Shown one piece after another: positions 51,287 through 62,260 of a stretch of DNA of 64,000 bases. The stretch spans positions 6,510,001 through 6,574,000 of the forward strand of contig JAQFVV010000006.1 of the NCBI GenBank assembly GCA_028023455.1, read 5' to 3'. The translations under genes were made by a program, and so were the position numbers. The notes below the pieces were generated by a model. It made no database searches, was not told the DNA's origin, and saw only the letters and a program-made list of their open reading frames with translations. The DNA is from Epiperipatus broadwayi. Taxonomy: Eukaryota > Animalia > Onychophora. Each line of letters starts with the position of its first letter. Position 1 is the first letter of the stretch.

Positions 51287-52982
51287 AAACTTGTGGTGAA
51301 AATGTGATAATTAAAATAAAATTTGACTGGATTAATAGGTAGCAATGCCAAACAGGTTGCTTAAGATAAATACATTTATATGTACTTATATAAAACTAAA
51401 ATTAATGGACCAACAATACAATTAGGTATGTAATGCATTAAAAAGTCGTGATAGATAAGAAAAAAAAATAAATAAATGAAAAATAAAAAAGGAATTTACA
51501 AAATAATAGTATATCAAACTAATATCAATGCTAAAGTTAATGCTGCCACATTGGTAAGAGGTGCCTTCATGCATGGTAAATTTTAGCACCCCCTTTACTA
51601 TTCCATGGAATAAAATTTGTAAATTAAAAGATGCTTTTATTCAGCGCTTTAAAAAAAATTGAGAATATGGCTTTAGTCATTTAATGTGTTTGGTGAATAC
51701 CTTATATTTTTTATTCATTTATTTCTATAAAATAAACCTTTAGATAATCTTTTAAATGATGTTCTATGGTTGTTAGATTCAACAGAGTGATATTAAAATA
51801 TTAATATAACCAAATTTGTTAAGAATTAAATATTTTGGCATATCTCTGTTTTAAAAATTATGGTGTTTTTTTTTTTTTTTTTTACTAATTCTGTCTTCCT
51901 TAAATTTGAACTGTTATGTAGCTAAAGCAGGAGGCAAGCCCACAATTAAAAAAAAAATTGTGGATATATTTGGGTAATGTTACAGATAAATTATAAGTTT
52001 TTAGCTAGAAAACAAATCCCACGAGTCCAAATTCAAGGAAAAGCACATTAGTAAAATGTGTAAAAAAAAAAAAAATATTAGTAAAAAAAATTTAAAGGGA
52101 TGACAGCTTTTAAAATAAAGGTCAAGGCACCATCAGAATCAATCTCAGTACACTATACACAAGGCATATACACTTTACAACAATTCTACTTGAATCAATA
52201 GATGGCTCTGTTATAGATTAAATGTAATGAATCAATGCAAACATTTATACTTTTAAATCAGAACACACATACACAAAATTGTGTGAAAACAAAATACAGC
52301 TAATACCATTTTTTATGAGCAACACATTCAAGTCTCACCTTTATTAATTGTCAACTAAATTCAAACCCATAAGAAAAATATATAATAGCATTAAAATAAC
52401 CACCTGCAAAGCAAAAGCCTTTCCACCAATTTCCAAAGAAAATAAAATGAAATAAACAGCATTACTAACCTGGCTTGCAAAATATCAGATGGTAAAAGTT
52501 TATCAATTTAGTTTTTTTTTCTAGCTAAGGATCACAGATACCCATTTACCAGCCAATAATGGATAGGGATTAGATATTTATAGCTGATTGCCTGAATTCA
52601 AAATTGTAAGCCTTAAAGAATTTTCACATTTCATCTAATCAGAATCAAACTGTAGTTATTTTTAATGTCACAACCAATCCATAGATGCCAGGTTCATATT
52701 CTTGAGGAAACACATTGAAGCCAATATCCAATATAAGTATGTTTAAAAATTTATTTTTTGTCAAAATTTACCAATTTTTTTAAGCTGAACCCTTCAAAAT
52801 TAATAAAGCAATGACAGGTGTGGGTTCAATAAATTAGTAAAATTTATTTGTGATATTTGCTCAAGGCAGTACAATTCTAATGAGCCAGATTAGAACAAAA
52901 TTCATATCAGGAATTTTGGATTAGCAAATACTGTATATTAGGCAGTCCTATTTAAACATCACAAAAATTCATGTCTAATTTT

Positions 52983-53132
52983 ATTTTCATTATACTATCT
53001 TTTCTCTCTCTCTTGGAGTTGGAATGCGGAGTGCATTTGCAAATGGCTTCTGACACTATTTTCATTATACTATCTTTTCTCTCTCTCTTGGAGTTGGAAT
53101 GCGGAGTGCATTTGCAAATGGCTTCTGACACT
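52983..53132. repeat. Perfect 75-bp tandem duplication
   Basis: 52983-53057 identical to 53058-53132. Confidence 0.95.
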
Positions 53133-54069
53133 GCTAATTTCTAAAATAAATTCTTCTATTTTAATATGTTGTGATTATTATTTCAATCCTTTACTGATGT
53201 AAAAATAAAAGATTAAAATGGCAGAAGATGATTTTTTCTTTTAAAAAGTAAAACTTTTTTTTTAACAAAAAAAAAATTAAATAATAAAGTTATCTAAAAT
53301 TTGGCCTGTGGGCCACATGAGAATCACAATGAGGGTTTGTGGCCCATTTAAAGGTTTTACTTTTCAAATGGAAAAATAAAATAACAATTTGTGTGCTAAT
53401 TTCTTAATTCTTGTCTTTTTATCTATCTCTGATGTATTTGTCTGGAGTTTGAATGTCCATAGTTGTTTGTAAGTGAACATTAATGATAGTGGCCTAATGA
53501 TATTTGGAATAGCTGAAGATTTGCATCAGATATACAATGAGAAAGTTAAAAACTATTAAAAATAAAAAAAACAAAACATTAACAATGATTGTCAAGTTTT
53601 AAATATTATTTGTAAAGATCACAATTATCTCAAACAGAATTCAAGTACAGAGTTACTTCAAAATATGATGTTTTGTTTTCTAAGAGAGATTGTAATTAGA
53701 ATAAATGCAATAAATGTTTACTAGCAAATCTTTTTATCATAGCTATAATATAGTCTGCTGTGTAGTGTTGTGAGTAGAACTACAGTCACTGTTTTAATAC
53801 ATTTTGTTTTATATTTACCACATTTTTTGGCCTGTGGTTCAGTACCACTATGACTTTTATCTAATGGATTAAAACATTTAGAAAAGCCTTCTAGGATTTC
53901 CATAACTTTGAACACAGGTGCATTAGATTAAGTTATCATGGTAACATAGTCATCTACTTTTGTAAATTCAGACTTATGTAAATAGTTTCCAGCATATAAA
54001 TTGCAAAAAAATGTATATGTCTTTTGTAATACAAATAATTAAATTAATCCACTTTTTTTTTTCAATACA

Positions 54070-54150
54070 TTAACAATGCTTATTTAATTTAATCTTGATC
54101 AATCTGACAGTTTCGACTACTTGGCAGTCTTTTTCAGAGTTTATTGTTTC
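54070..54150 (-). mobile_element. Family D HHR-like repeat (core G8 mutated)
   Basis: Minus: actCTGAAAA-A-GACTGC[CAA]GTAGTC-GAAA-CTG-TC^AGA; flank aacaatgcttattt shared with 21.9 kb. Confidence 0.55.
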
Positions 54151-54319
54151 TATCAAGTTTAAGTTGTCCGATTGTTCAAGTATAAGTTAAATAAGCAGTG
54201 TTAAAATGTTGAGAGACAGGCAGGTTTATTTAATTATTTATAATTTTATCGATGCATAAAAGAAAATATAAAATAAAAAAAGAATATCATTTTATAATAT
54301 AGTGAAGAGCTTAGGTGTA

Positions 54320-54420
54320 GTCAAGTGTTGGTGGTCGAGAGGTCAGCACAGCTGCCTTACAAGCAGTTGTCCCAAGTTCGCGGGTTCGCTTTCCAGCCGA
54401 TGCTGTGACACAAAAAAACA
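54320..54420 (+). mobile_element. tRNA-Gly-derived SINE
   Basis: gtcaagtgttggtggtcgagaggtcagcacagctgccttacaagcagttgtccc..gatgctgtgacac-A(n). Confidence 0.85.
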
Positions 54421-55133
54421 ATTATATGTTCTGCAAACAAAAAAAAGCATCATCTCATGTAAAATTTGATTTGAGCAAGATGCTTCATTTATAGAATTAA
54501 AAAACTGCCTATTCTTTATTTTTAATTATTTTCCCATAATTCCTTTTACCAAGCTAATCTTCCTATAATACAGTTGTATAAATACAAGAATGTAGGACTA
54601 ATATTAATTGATATATACAAGCTATTCCATAAAGAGCAGAAATTCAACTTGCAATTTATTTTCTCAGCCCATATTCTCAGTAATAGTCATTTAATAACCC
54701 CCAAATTATTTAACAATACACTCCTGCAAACATTTTCCAAGGGGAAATTTGCACATATTTGGGCCAATACGATCATAATAATTGCATTATGGAGTACCAA
54801 ATGCATGTTTAGCACAATAGAAATGCAAGAAAACATCCAAATGTGTTTTGGAACACACTTGAAATATATGCATAAGGACAGGAAATCTAAACATGTAATG
54901 TATACACATCCACATGGCCACTAATGCACCAATACTACAATACTGGAGCCTGAACACACTTTTTAATTGTTGATAAAAAAACAATATGATTTGAAAATAA
55001 AAAAATGAAGACATCTGACAAATGATAGAAGTAAATAACATGAATAGATTTGGACAATGGTGCTAAACTTTATACGCTATCACATAGTATTTATAAGTGA
55101 AGAAAAAATGTTCTTATTACATAATTTCCAATA

Positions 55134-55578
55134 TCAAAACAGGCAAAACTCTCTATACATATTGCCACTCAGTGTGAGCCAGAGTAATCAATGGATGCCA
55201 GAAGGCTTGTACATAAAATCCCCATCTAGTGCCTACTCATCCAATATCCCCAGACTAGTTTCTGGCTTGTGAACTTTGTCAGTGAGTAGTTTTGGATCTG
55301 AGAGCACAGCATCAATATCTTAGGATCTAATGCAACCCCCCCCCCCCCCAGCAGCCACCTTTTATCTCTACTTACCTACAAAACTATGAGTCTTAAATTG
55401 AAAACACTGTAATATTTTCAATCCAAACTCATCAGCCTATATAGTCATATAGGTCAGTTCAGTACCTATACATTTTAGTGACTTTTGTTCTTTAATAACC
55501 ATAGCCACCACTATCCTATTACGCAGGATAGGTTTTAAGCCAATAAACATCCCACAATCACCATTTCCTATGCTTGTT
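55134..55578 (-). mobile_element. Unit-length family A monomer (445 bp) with 14-bp TSD
   Basis: TSD cataatttccaata 55120-55133 / 55579-55592; HHR on minus ~55246-55288 with stem II damaged. Confidence 0.92.
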
Positions 55579-56017
55579 CATAATTTCCAATACTGAAACA
55601 TTGTAGATTTATTTATTTATTGGTATAAATAAATAAAATATTTATTGCTTTGTAATATCTCATGATTTTCATTAAAGTTTATTTTGAAAATAATATACAT
55701 GTAAATCCCTTTTAACCTATTGGCTATTTATAAAATAAAATATTGCTTGTACCTAAAAAGTACAATTATACATCTTATTATACACAAGTAGATAAATCAA
55801 CAGATAGCTAAAGGAATAATAGTTAAATAAATATTACCAAATCATTTTTTTTTAATTTACATTTGCAGAATTTTCTATTTACTTGTTTTCTCTTACTTTT
55901 ACAAAAAAAAAATATTAACAATTTATTTATTTTATAAAAACTTATTTAATTTAGATAAAATGATAATAATTTTTTTAAGCACTAACTATTTTAAATCCAT
56001 CTTTTAAAAGTTTTACA

Positions 56018-56170
56018 TCATTACCGTGAATTTTGATTATTTATAACTTTTTTTTTCATTACCGTGAATTTTGATTATTTATAACTTTTTTTTTCATGTG
56101 ACAAATGCGTTGACCGGAAAGCGAACCGGGCCAGCTGTTTGTAAGGCAGCTATGCTAACCACTAGGCCAC
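56018..56170 (-). mobile_element. tRNA-Gly-like SINE (56085-56170) with a 38-bp tandem duplication of its 3' junction (56018-56095)
   Basis: Reverse strand ggtggcctagtggttagcatagctgccttacaaacagctggcccggttcgc..caacgcatttgtcacatg-A(n); tcattaccgtgaattttgattatttataac-T(n) at 56018 and 56056. Confidence 0.88.
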
Positions 56171-56702
56171 CAAAGTTGATTTATAACTTAGCCCGAAGTT
56201 TTGAAAAAGTATATAATTTATAAATATATTAAATAACTTCCACTTAATCACACCTTTTTTTAAAAATCATATGAATAAAGATACAATAAAAGACAAATGA
56301 CCCCCAAGATGCATTTCGTGCTAAACCAGTACTCATCAGTTGGCCCAGGTCACCATCTCTCATATATATCTCTATTATATGAAGAATATTTATCAGCATA
56401 AAATTCTTACAATTTGATTTACCAGTCTCAAATTTACTCCATCCATAACTTTGACACAATCCACTTCAGATAAAAATAGTAGTCATTTACTAAATTAGAG
56501 ATTGTCTCTAGCGCAGATATAAACTTTAAGCCTCAATTAAAGATTAATATATCTGATATTTTAAATTAAACATATACACATGGAGTTACTCACCTTTCTC
56601 TTTTCTATTTGTAATATCTTTATAAATATATTAATTAACCAGCATATCATCACATATTCTTTTAAAATCATATGAATAATGATACACTAAAAAACAAATG
56701 AC

Positions 56703-57403
56703 TCATAAACATCACATGATCACCATTTCTTATGCTTGCTTATAACTTATTAAAACAGGCAAAACTCTCTATACATATTGCCACTCAGTGCAAGCCAGAG
56801 TAATCCATGGATGCCAGAAGGCTTGTGCATAAAATCCACACCTAGTGCCTACTCATCCAATACCCCTAGAGTAGTTTCTGGCTTGTGGTCTTGATCAGTG
56901 AGGAGCCTTGGATCTGAGAGCACTGCACCTACAGAATTTTGCCTGTTTTAATAACAGTTATAAGCAAGCATAGGAAATGGCAATCATGTGATGTTTATTG
57001 GCTTATAACCAATCCTGCCTAATAGAATAGTGGTGGCTGTGGTTATTAAAGAACCAAAGTCACCAAAATGTATAGGTACTGAACTGAGTTAAGACCTATA
57101 TGACTATATAAGCTAATGAGCTTGGATTCAAAATATTACAGTGTTTTCAATTTAAGACTCATAGTTTTACAGTTGAGATAAAAGGTGGCTGATGGAGAGT
57201 TGCATTAGATCCTAAAATCTAGGTGCAGTGCTCTCAGATCAAAGGCTCCTCACTGATGAAGGCCACAAGCCAGAAACTAGTCTGGGGATATTGGATGAGT
57301 AGGCACTAGATGGGGATTTCATGGACAAGCCTTACGGCATTCATTGATTAACTCTGGCTTGCACTGAGTGGCAATACATATAGAGAGTTTTGCCTGTTTT
57401 AAT
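56703..57403. mobile_element. Family A element: minus arm with tail (56705-56931) plus a full plus-strand monomer (451-bp period)
   Basis: gcctgtttta at 56941 and 57392; TSD aacaaatgac 56693-56702 / 57404-57413. Confidence 0.92.
57247..57288 (+). ncRNA. Hammerhead ribozyme motif (family A, best-preserved copy)
   Basis: TCCTCA-CTGATGA-A-GGC[CACAA]GCC-A-GAAA-CTAG-TC^TGGGGA: 6-bp stem I with one G.U, palindromic ACTAGT stem III, extra A on each side of stem II. Confidence 0.8.
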
Positions 57404-58949
57404 AACAAATGACCCCCCCCCCAAGACCTAGGTCACCATCTCTCATATATATCTCTATTATATGAAGAGTATTTATCAATAGTAAATCCCTACATTTTGA
57501 TTTGGAAGTGTCAAACTCGTAGAATGACCATAAGTATACCTTTCTCAAACATCTAATCTTTTTAAATTAAAAAGTTAAACTTGACCCATTTAATTCTCAA
57601 TTAGCATATATGCAAATAATTAATAATTTTCAATATAGATTTATGGCTCACAGGAAAAAAGTCTACTGTAATTGTAAAAAGAATATTACCAATACAAAGT
57701 TTCACTATTACATATTTGTAATATTGAAGTATTATAATTCCAAAATATATGTTTATTAATTATAAGAGCATGATATGTAGTAATTATGGGTATTTCATTT
57801 TTCATACTTCAAAATAAAGCATATAAAATCACTACTATAAATGAGTTTCAAACTTACTCTATGATTTAGTAATGCCTAAGTGTTTCATAACACCCTCAGT
57901 ATAACAACACATACTGAAGCTGTGATCAATGTATTATGTGGTTTGTTATAACATGGAATAGAACTTGGTAATAGACTATATTATAGTTCATCATTAAACT
58001 TTACATTAAACAATTAAAATTTAATGGCTGTTATTCTAATTTCTATAAAATACTTCTAATTATGGGATTGAAACATTTCTAGAAGCACAAGTCTCTCACC
58101 TTCATTAATAAAAACTTATTACTGAAATAAAATCCTTGGTTTTTACTTCACCTTTGAGTGGTAAGTTTTAAATTGCACTTTATGCAAAAAATGAAACTTA
58201 GTATTATTAGAAAAGAATTATAATGGTTAGCACTTTCAGAGAACTTAGGTCTCCATATTCATAGCCTATTTTGGGAGTGTCGGCTTACATTGAGATTTTA
58301 AGCAAAGCTTAGCAGTAATTTATGCAAAATTTATTCAGTTTTTTTCTTATAAATTTTCTGGAGATTGCAAAGCATGATTCTTTTCAGTTTATTGCATAGC
58401 TGTCATTTGCAATAAAGCATGCCTCCTTTATCTTTCATTTCATATCATTATGCTCAGTGCCCTTGCCAAAGTGGGTTTGAACCTATGGCCTGCTGTTTTT
58501 TGGTGCTTGAAGAATATGGATGTTTTCAGTATTGTTTAGAGCTCTCCTGTAAAAATAGTCATGTTGAGATGTTCTGGTGGTGATGTTGGCATGGGTCACT
58601 CCATAATAAAAACTTATGTACCTTGATAAAAGAAGAATAGCTAATCTTATATTTTATTTCAAATGAATCTTTTTATTTAAAATATACTAATTAAATATTT
58701 ATAAGTATGTGGTCTTTATTTTTACAATTCTTATTACATTTTTTTGAAGTGTTTGATGTTAAAAAACTTATAATTGGGCAAATAGCATGAATATTTTATA
58801 TAGTATTTTCCTGAAGATTTGTGATGATAATGTTTTGAATATGATAATATATTGAATTATTTCCATTATCTATTATTAAATGTTGAATGTCTATAAAATG
58901 TTAAACTTTTTCAAATACAAATAATTGTTAAGTAATAATAATACAAAAA

Positions 58950-59395
58950 TAACACAGGTATTTAATAGATACACAATTTTTCAAGAAGTTTTATTTTCTG
59001 ATCTTCTTGAGGTGCTGCCAGCATAACCAGTGATAGGGCTAGCAGTGACAAGGCTAGGAGTCAGATTCTTTTAACATTGAATTCCAAGGCAACACTCTTA
59101 CCACTGGAGCTTTTCCATCAATTGATTAGAACATTGCTTTAAAATTTGATAGCCTTAAAATTCAATATTCAAGAATCTAAAGGTGTAAGTGTGGTTCCTA
59201 TTCTACTACTATCACTGGTCAGGCCAGCCACCCCTGAACAAGAGCAACACTCAAAACATTGTGTAATCTACTAACCAGTGTTGTCTTTGCATGCTACTTC
59301 TAACAGTTGTTTCCGTGTAGAAAAGTTTAAATAATGTTTAACATTTTTAAGCATTCAACATTTAATGATAGATGATGGAAATAGTCCAACATACT
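58950..59395. mobile_element. Old family B inverted pair (minus ~58950-59112, plus ~59150-59395)
   Basis: ccttaaaattcaatattcaagaatctaa, cactggtcaggccagc and gatgatggaaatagtccaa match family B. Confidence 0.7.
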
Positions 59396-59601
59396 GTCAC
59401 ATTTTATATAGTAATTTGAAGTCTGTTATATATATATATATTGTACCATCGAGGTGAATATCACCACTTTTGTAGCCAAAGGATGCATTATATAAAAAAA
59501 AATTCATTCATTATTTGAACCTTCGATTGAAACAATTCTTTTATAACAGAAGTCATAATAGTGGTGTATACAGTTCAAATTCTTTATATACTTTAAAATA
59601 G

Positions 59602-60663
59602 GGTATATGAACACAGACTTTCACATGACCCACCACTCTCCACTCTATCTAATAACACTGATACACTCAAGCACATATATGCTGAAAAGATAAATAATCA
59701 CCAATATATGTATTTCATGCTAAACCAGCAATCATCAGTTGGTCCAGATTATCATCTCCCACACCTATATACTATAAGTGCTCAGATATATATTAAGATA
59801 GACAATCTTCATACTTTAATGGACTGGCTCCAATCTGCTACACACTCTTCAACCGTCCATCCAATTGAAAATCTGATGATGGAATGCTCAAAGGCCACCC
59901 TAAGGCTGAGATTCTTGTCACACCCCATGTTGACCCAAGGTCAATCTGAACCCCACATGTACAGGACATAATCCATTAAATATATATGCAAGGATGGGCA
60001 GACATCTCTATAATGTAATAACTGAAACACAGGCTTAATATATACCATGTGTCTATATATGTAATATAGGGTATATGAGCACAGACTTTCACATGACCCA
60101 CCACTCTCCACTGTTATGTGAAAGTCTGTGCTCATATACCCTATATTACATATATAGACAAATGGTACATATTAAGCCTGTGTTTCAGTTATTACATTAT
60201 AAGAGATGTCTTCCCATCCTTGCATATGTATTTAATGGATTATGTCCTGTACATGTGGGGTTCAGATTGACCTTGGGTCAACATGGGTGTGACAAGAATC
60301 TCGGCCTTAGGGTGGCCTTCGAGCATTCCATCATCAGATTTTCAATTGGATGGACGTTTGAACAGTTGGAGTGTGTAGTAGATTGGAGCCTGTCCATTAA
60401 AGTATGAAGATTGTCTATCTTAATATATATGAGCACTTATAGTATATATGTGTGGGAGATGATAATCTGGACCAACTGATGATTGCTGGTTTAGCATGAA
60501 ATACGTATATTGGTGATTATTTATCTTTTCAGCATATATGTGCTTGAGTGTATCAGGGTTATTAGATAGAGTAGAGAATGGAGGGTCATGTGAAAGTCTG
60601 TGCTCATATACCCTATATTACATATATAGACACATGGTATATATTAAGCCTGTGTTTCAGTTA
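59602..60663. mobile_element. Family C large palindrome: two ~495-bp inverted arms (468-bp monomer), 21-nt spacer, ~50-nt tail, two HHRs (59700-59743 minus, 60471-60514 plus)
   Basis: agggtatatga repeat at 59600 and 60068; symmetry around 60095-60115; perfect 14-bp TSD atactttaaaatag 59588-59601 / 60664-60677. Confidence 0.93.
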
Positions 60664-61921
60664 ATACTTTAAAATAGTAAATTACTTTATTTAGAAGTTA
60701 TCTACATACCCATCGCAGATACACCCACACATCTCAATAGGAATATTAGGAATAAACAATGATTAATATTTTAGATGTTAAAAAAAAAGAAAACAATAAT
60801 AATTTGCTTGATAAAATTTTGTAAATAAAATCACGAGAAAGTGGTGCATAACCATAACAAACACGGATATTATTAAAAATCAAAAGAGGAGATAGAAAGA
60901 ATTCACAAATTATTGTCAACAAAAACAAAGGGATTCTTTATCTTTTAAAGCATATTCGTTTTTTTTTTAAATATACATCTGGAGCAGCAATGTATATATT
61001 TATGAAGTTCTGTATAAAGTTTATTTTATGAAAGCTTAAAAGCTTATCAGTTATTCTCCAAAACAAATGAACGTGTAATGGCTTTTAACAACGACTGATC
61101 ATTTAGAACTTGCGTTCTAAATAAAATTTCATTTTACCAAAATATTCATGGAACGTATATTTGAATTGCCGTAAATATCAACCAAGATTTTATATTAAAT
61201 ATTGATAACTAATATTAATAAGAAAGTTGAGCAGCTGTGCTAATATATATATATTATGAGACGATTATCTGTAGAGAAATATCGATTTTGATTCTATTCA
61301 GAGTTATTATAATATTGCAACATCATATCGGGCTACTTTATATCAGATTACTGATTTTTTTCGTGAATAGACTTTCAGTTCATGTTTAGTTTTTGTGTGT
61401 GATTAAAGATCATTATATAACATAGAGATAAAACACCGTTTCTCTGTAAAAAAAAAAAATTAGAATAATGAAATCACATATAACAGTCGGGGTCTTAGTG
61501 GATTCCTTCCATATCTGCCATACAGGGTGCCACCAGGCTATTGGAACCTGGAAAATTTATATAGTAGGCAGATATGTAAGTGTTAAAATCTAATTTTATA
61601 TTATTTTTGACCGTTAGCCCCAGTCACTAGCTCGCGGAGCAGCAGAGATAATGTATACTTTATTTTTTTAAAGAAAGAAAGATAATAATAATAATAAAAG
61701 AATAATCCACTGCCAGATTAACAATACACAGAAACATTTATTTTGCACATATATAAAATTTAGAATCACTTTAGTCTAACTTTTACTTTAGAATTTAATT
61801 TACATTTTAACTTTTATTTTAGAAGTTCGCACAGATGAATTTATTAATATTTTATTAGAGTGTCCAATATGGATAGACTACATAGATTGTACTCGAAAAG
61901 AAAATATTCTATGTCCCTTAT

Positions 61922-62260
61922 TTAACCCTAGGCCAAAAGTTTACAGTCAAACTAACGCCAATCCATCTGATATATTGATGTATTCAATGCAGCATAAATA
62001 CGACAGCACAATACCATACTGTCAGGAATGCACATCTGAACAGCATAATAGAGAAGAAATTGTCTCTCATCCAGTACAGGAATGTTACATCTGTCTGGCA
62101 AGAAAAACAATAAAAAAAGAAAACTCCATAGGAAGGGATTGCGGTCCTTTTTGCCAACTTACAATCCCATTCCATAGGCAAAGGGGGTGATGTCAAATAG
62201 AAATGGGTGATGTGATCCTACACATAGCAGATCTTCATGCTATATTTACTAATTACACTG
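61922..62260 (-). mobile_element. Possible piggyBac 3' end remnant
   Basis: TTAACCCT terminus; minus-strand CKLAKR..FYCFSCQTDV..RDNFF resembles a decayed Cys-rich C-terminal domain. Confidence 0.3.

Larger units (their letters stand above)
56240..57520 (-). mobile_element. Family C tandem (401-bp period) interrupted by family A; HHR 56304-56343; second HHR core deleted
   Basis: atcatatgaataa at 56266 and 56667; CCAA-CTGATGA-GTACT[GGTTT]AGCAC-GAAA-TGCA-TC^TTGG. Confidence 0.85.

Noticed and set aside
59870-59910. Second, antisense hammerhead in family C (CTGATGAtggaatg..)
   Set aside because: No stem II closing onto a GAAA and no stem I/III partner.
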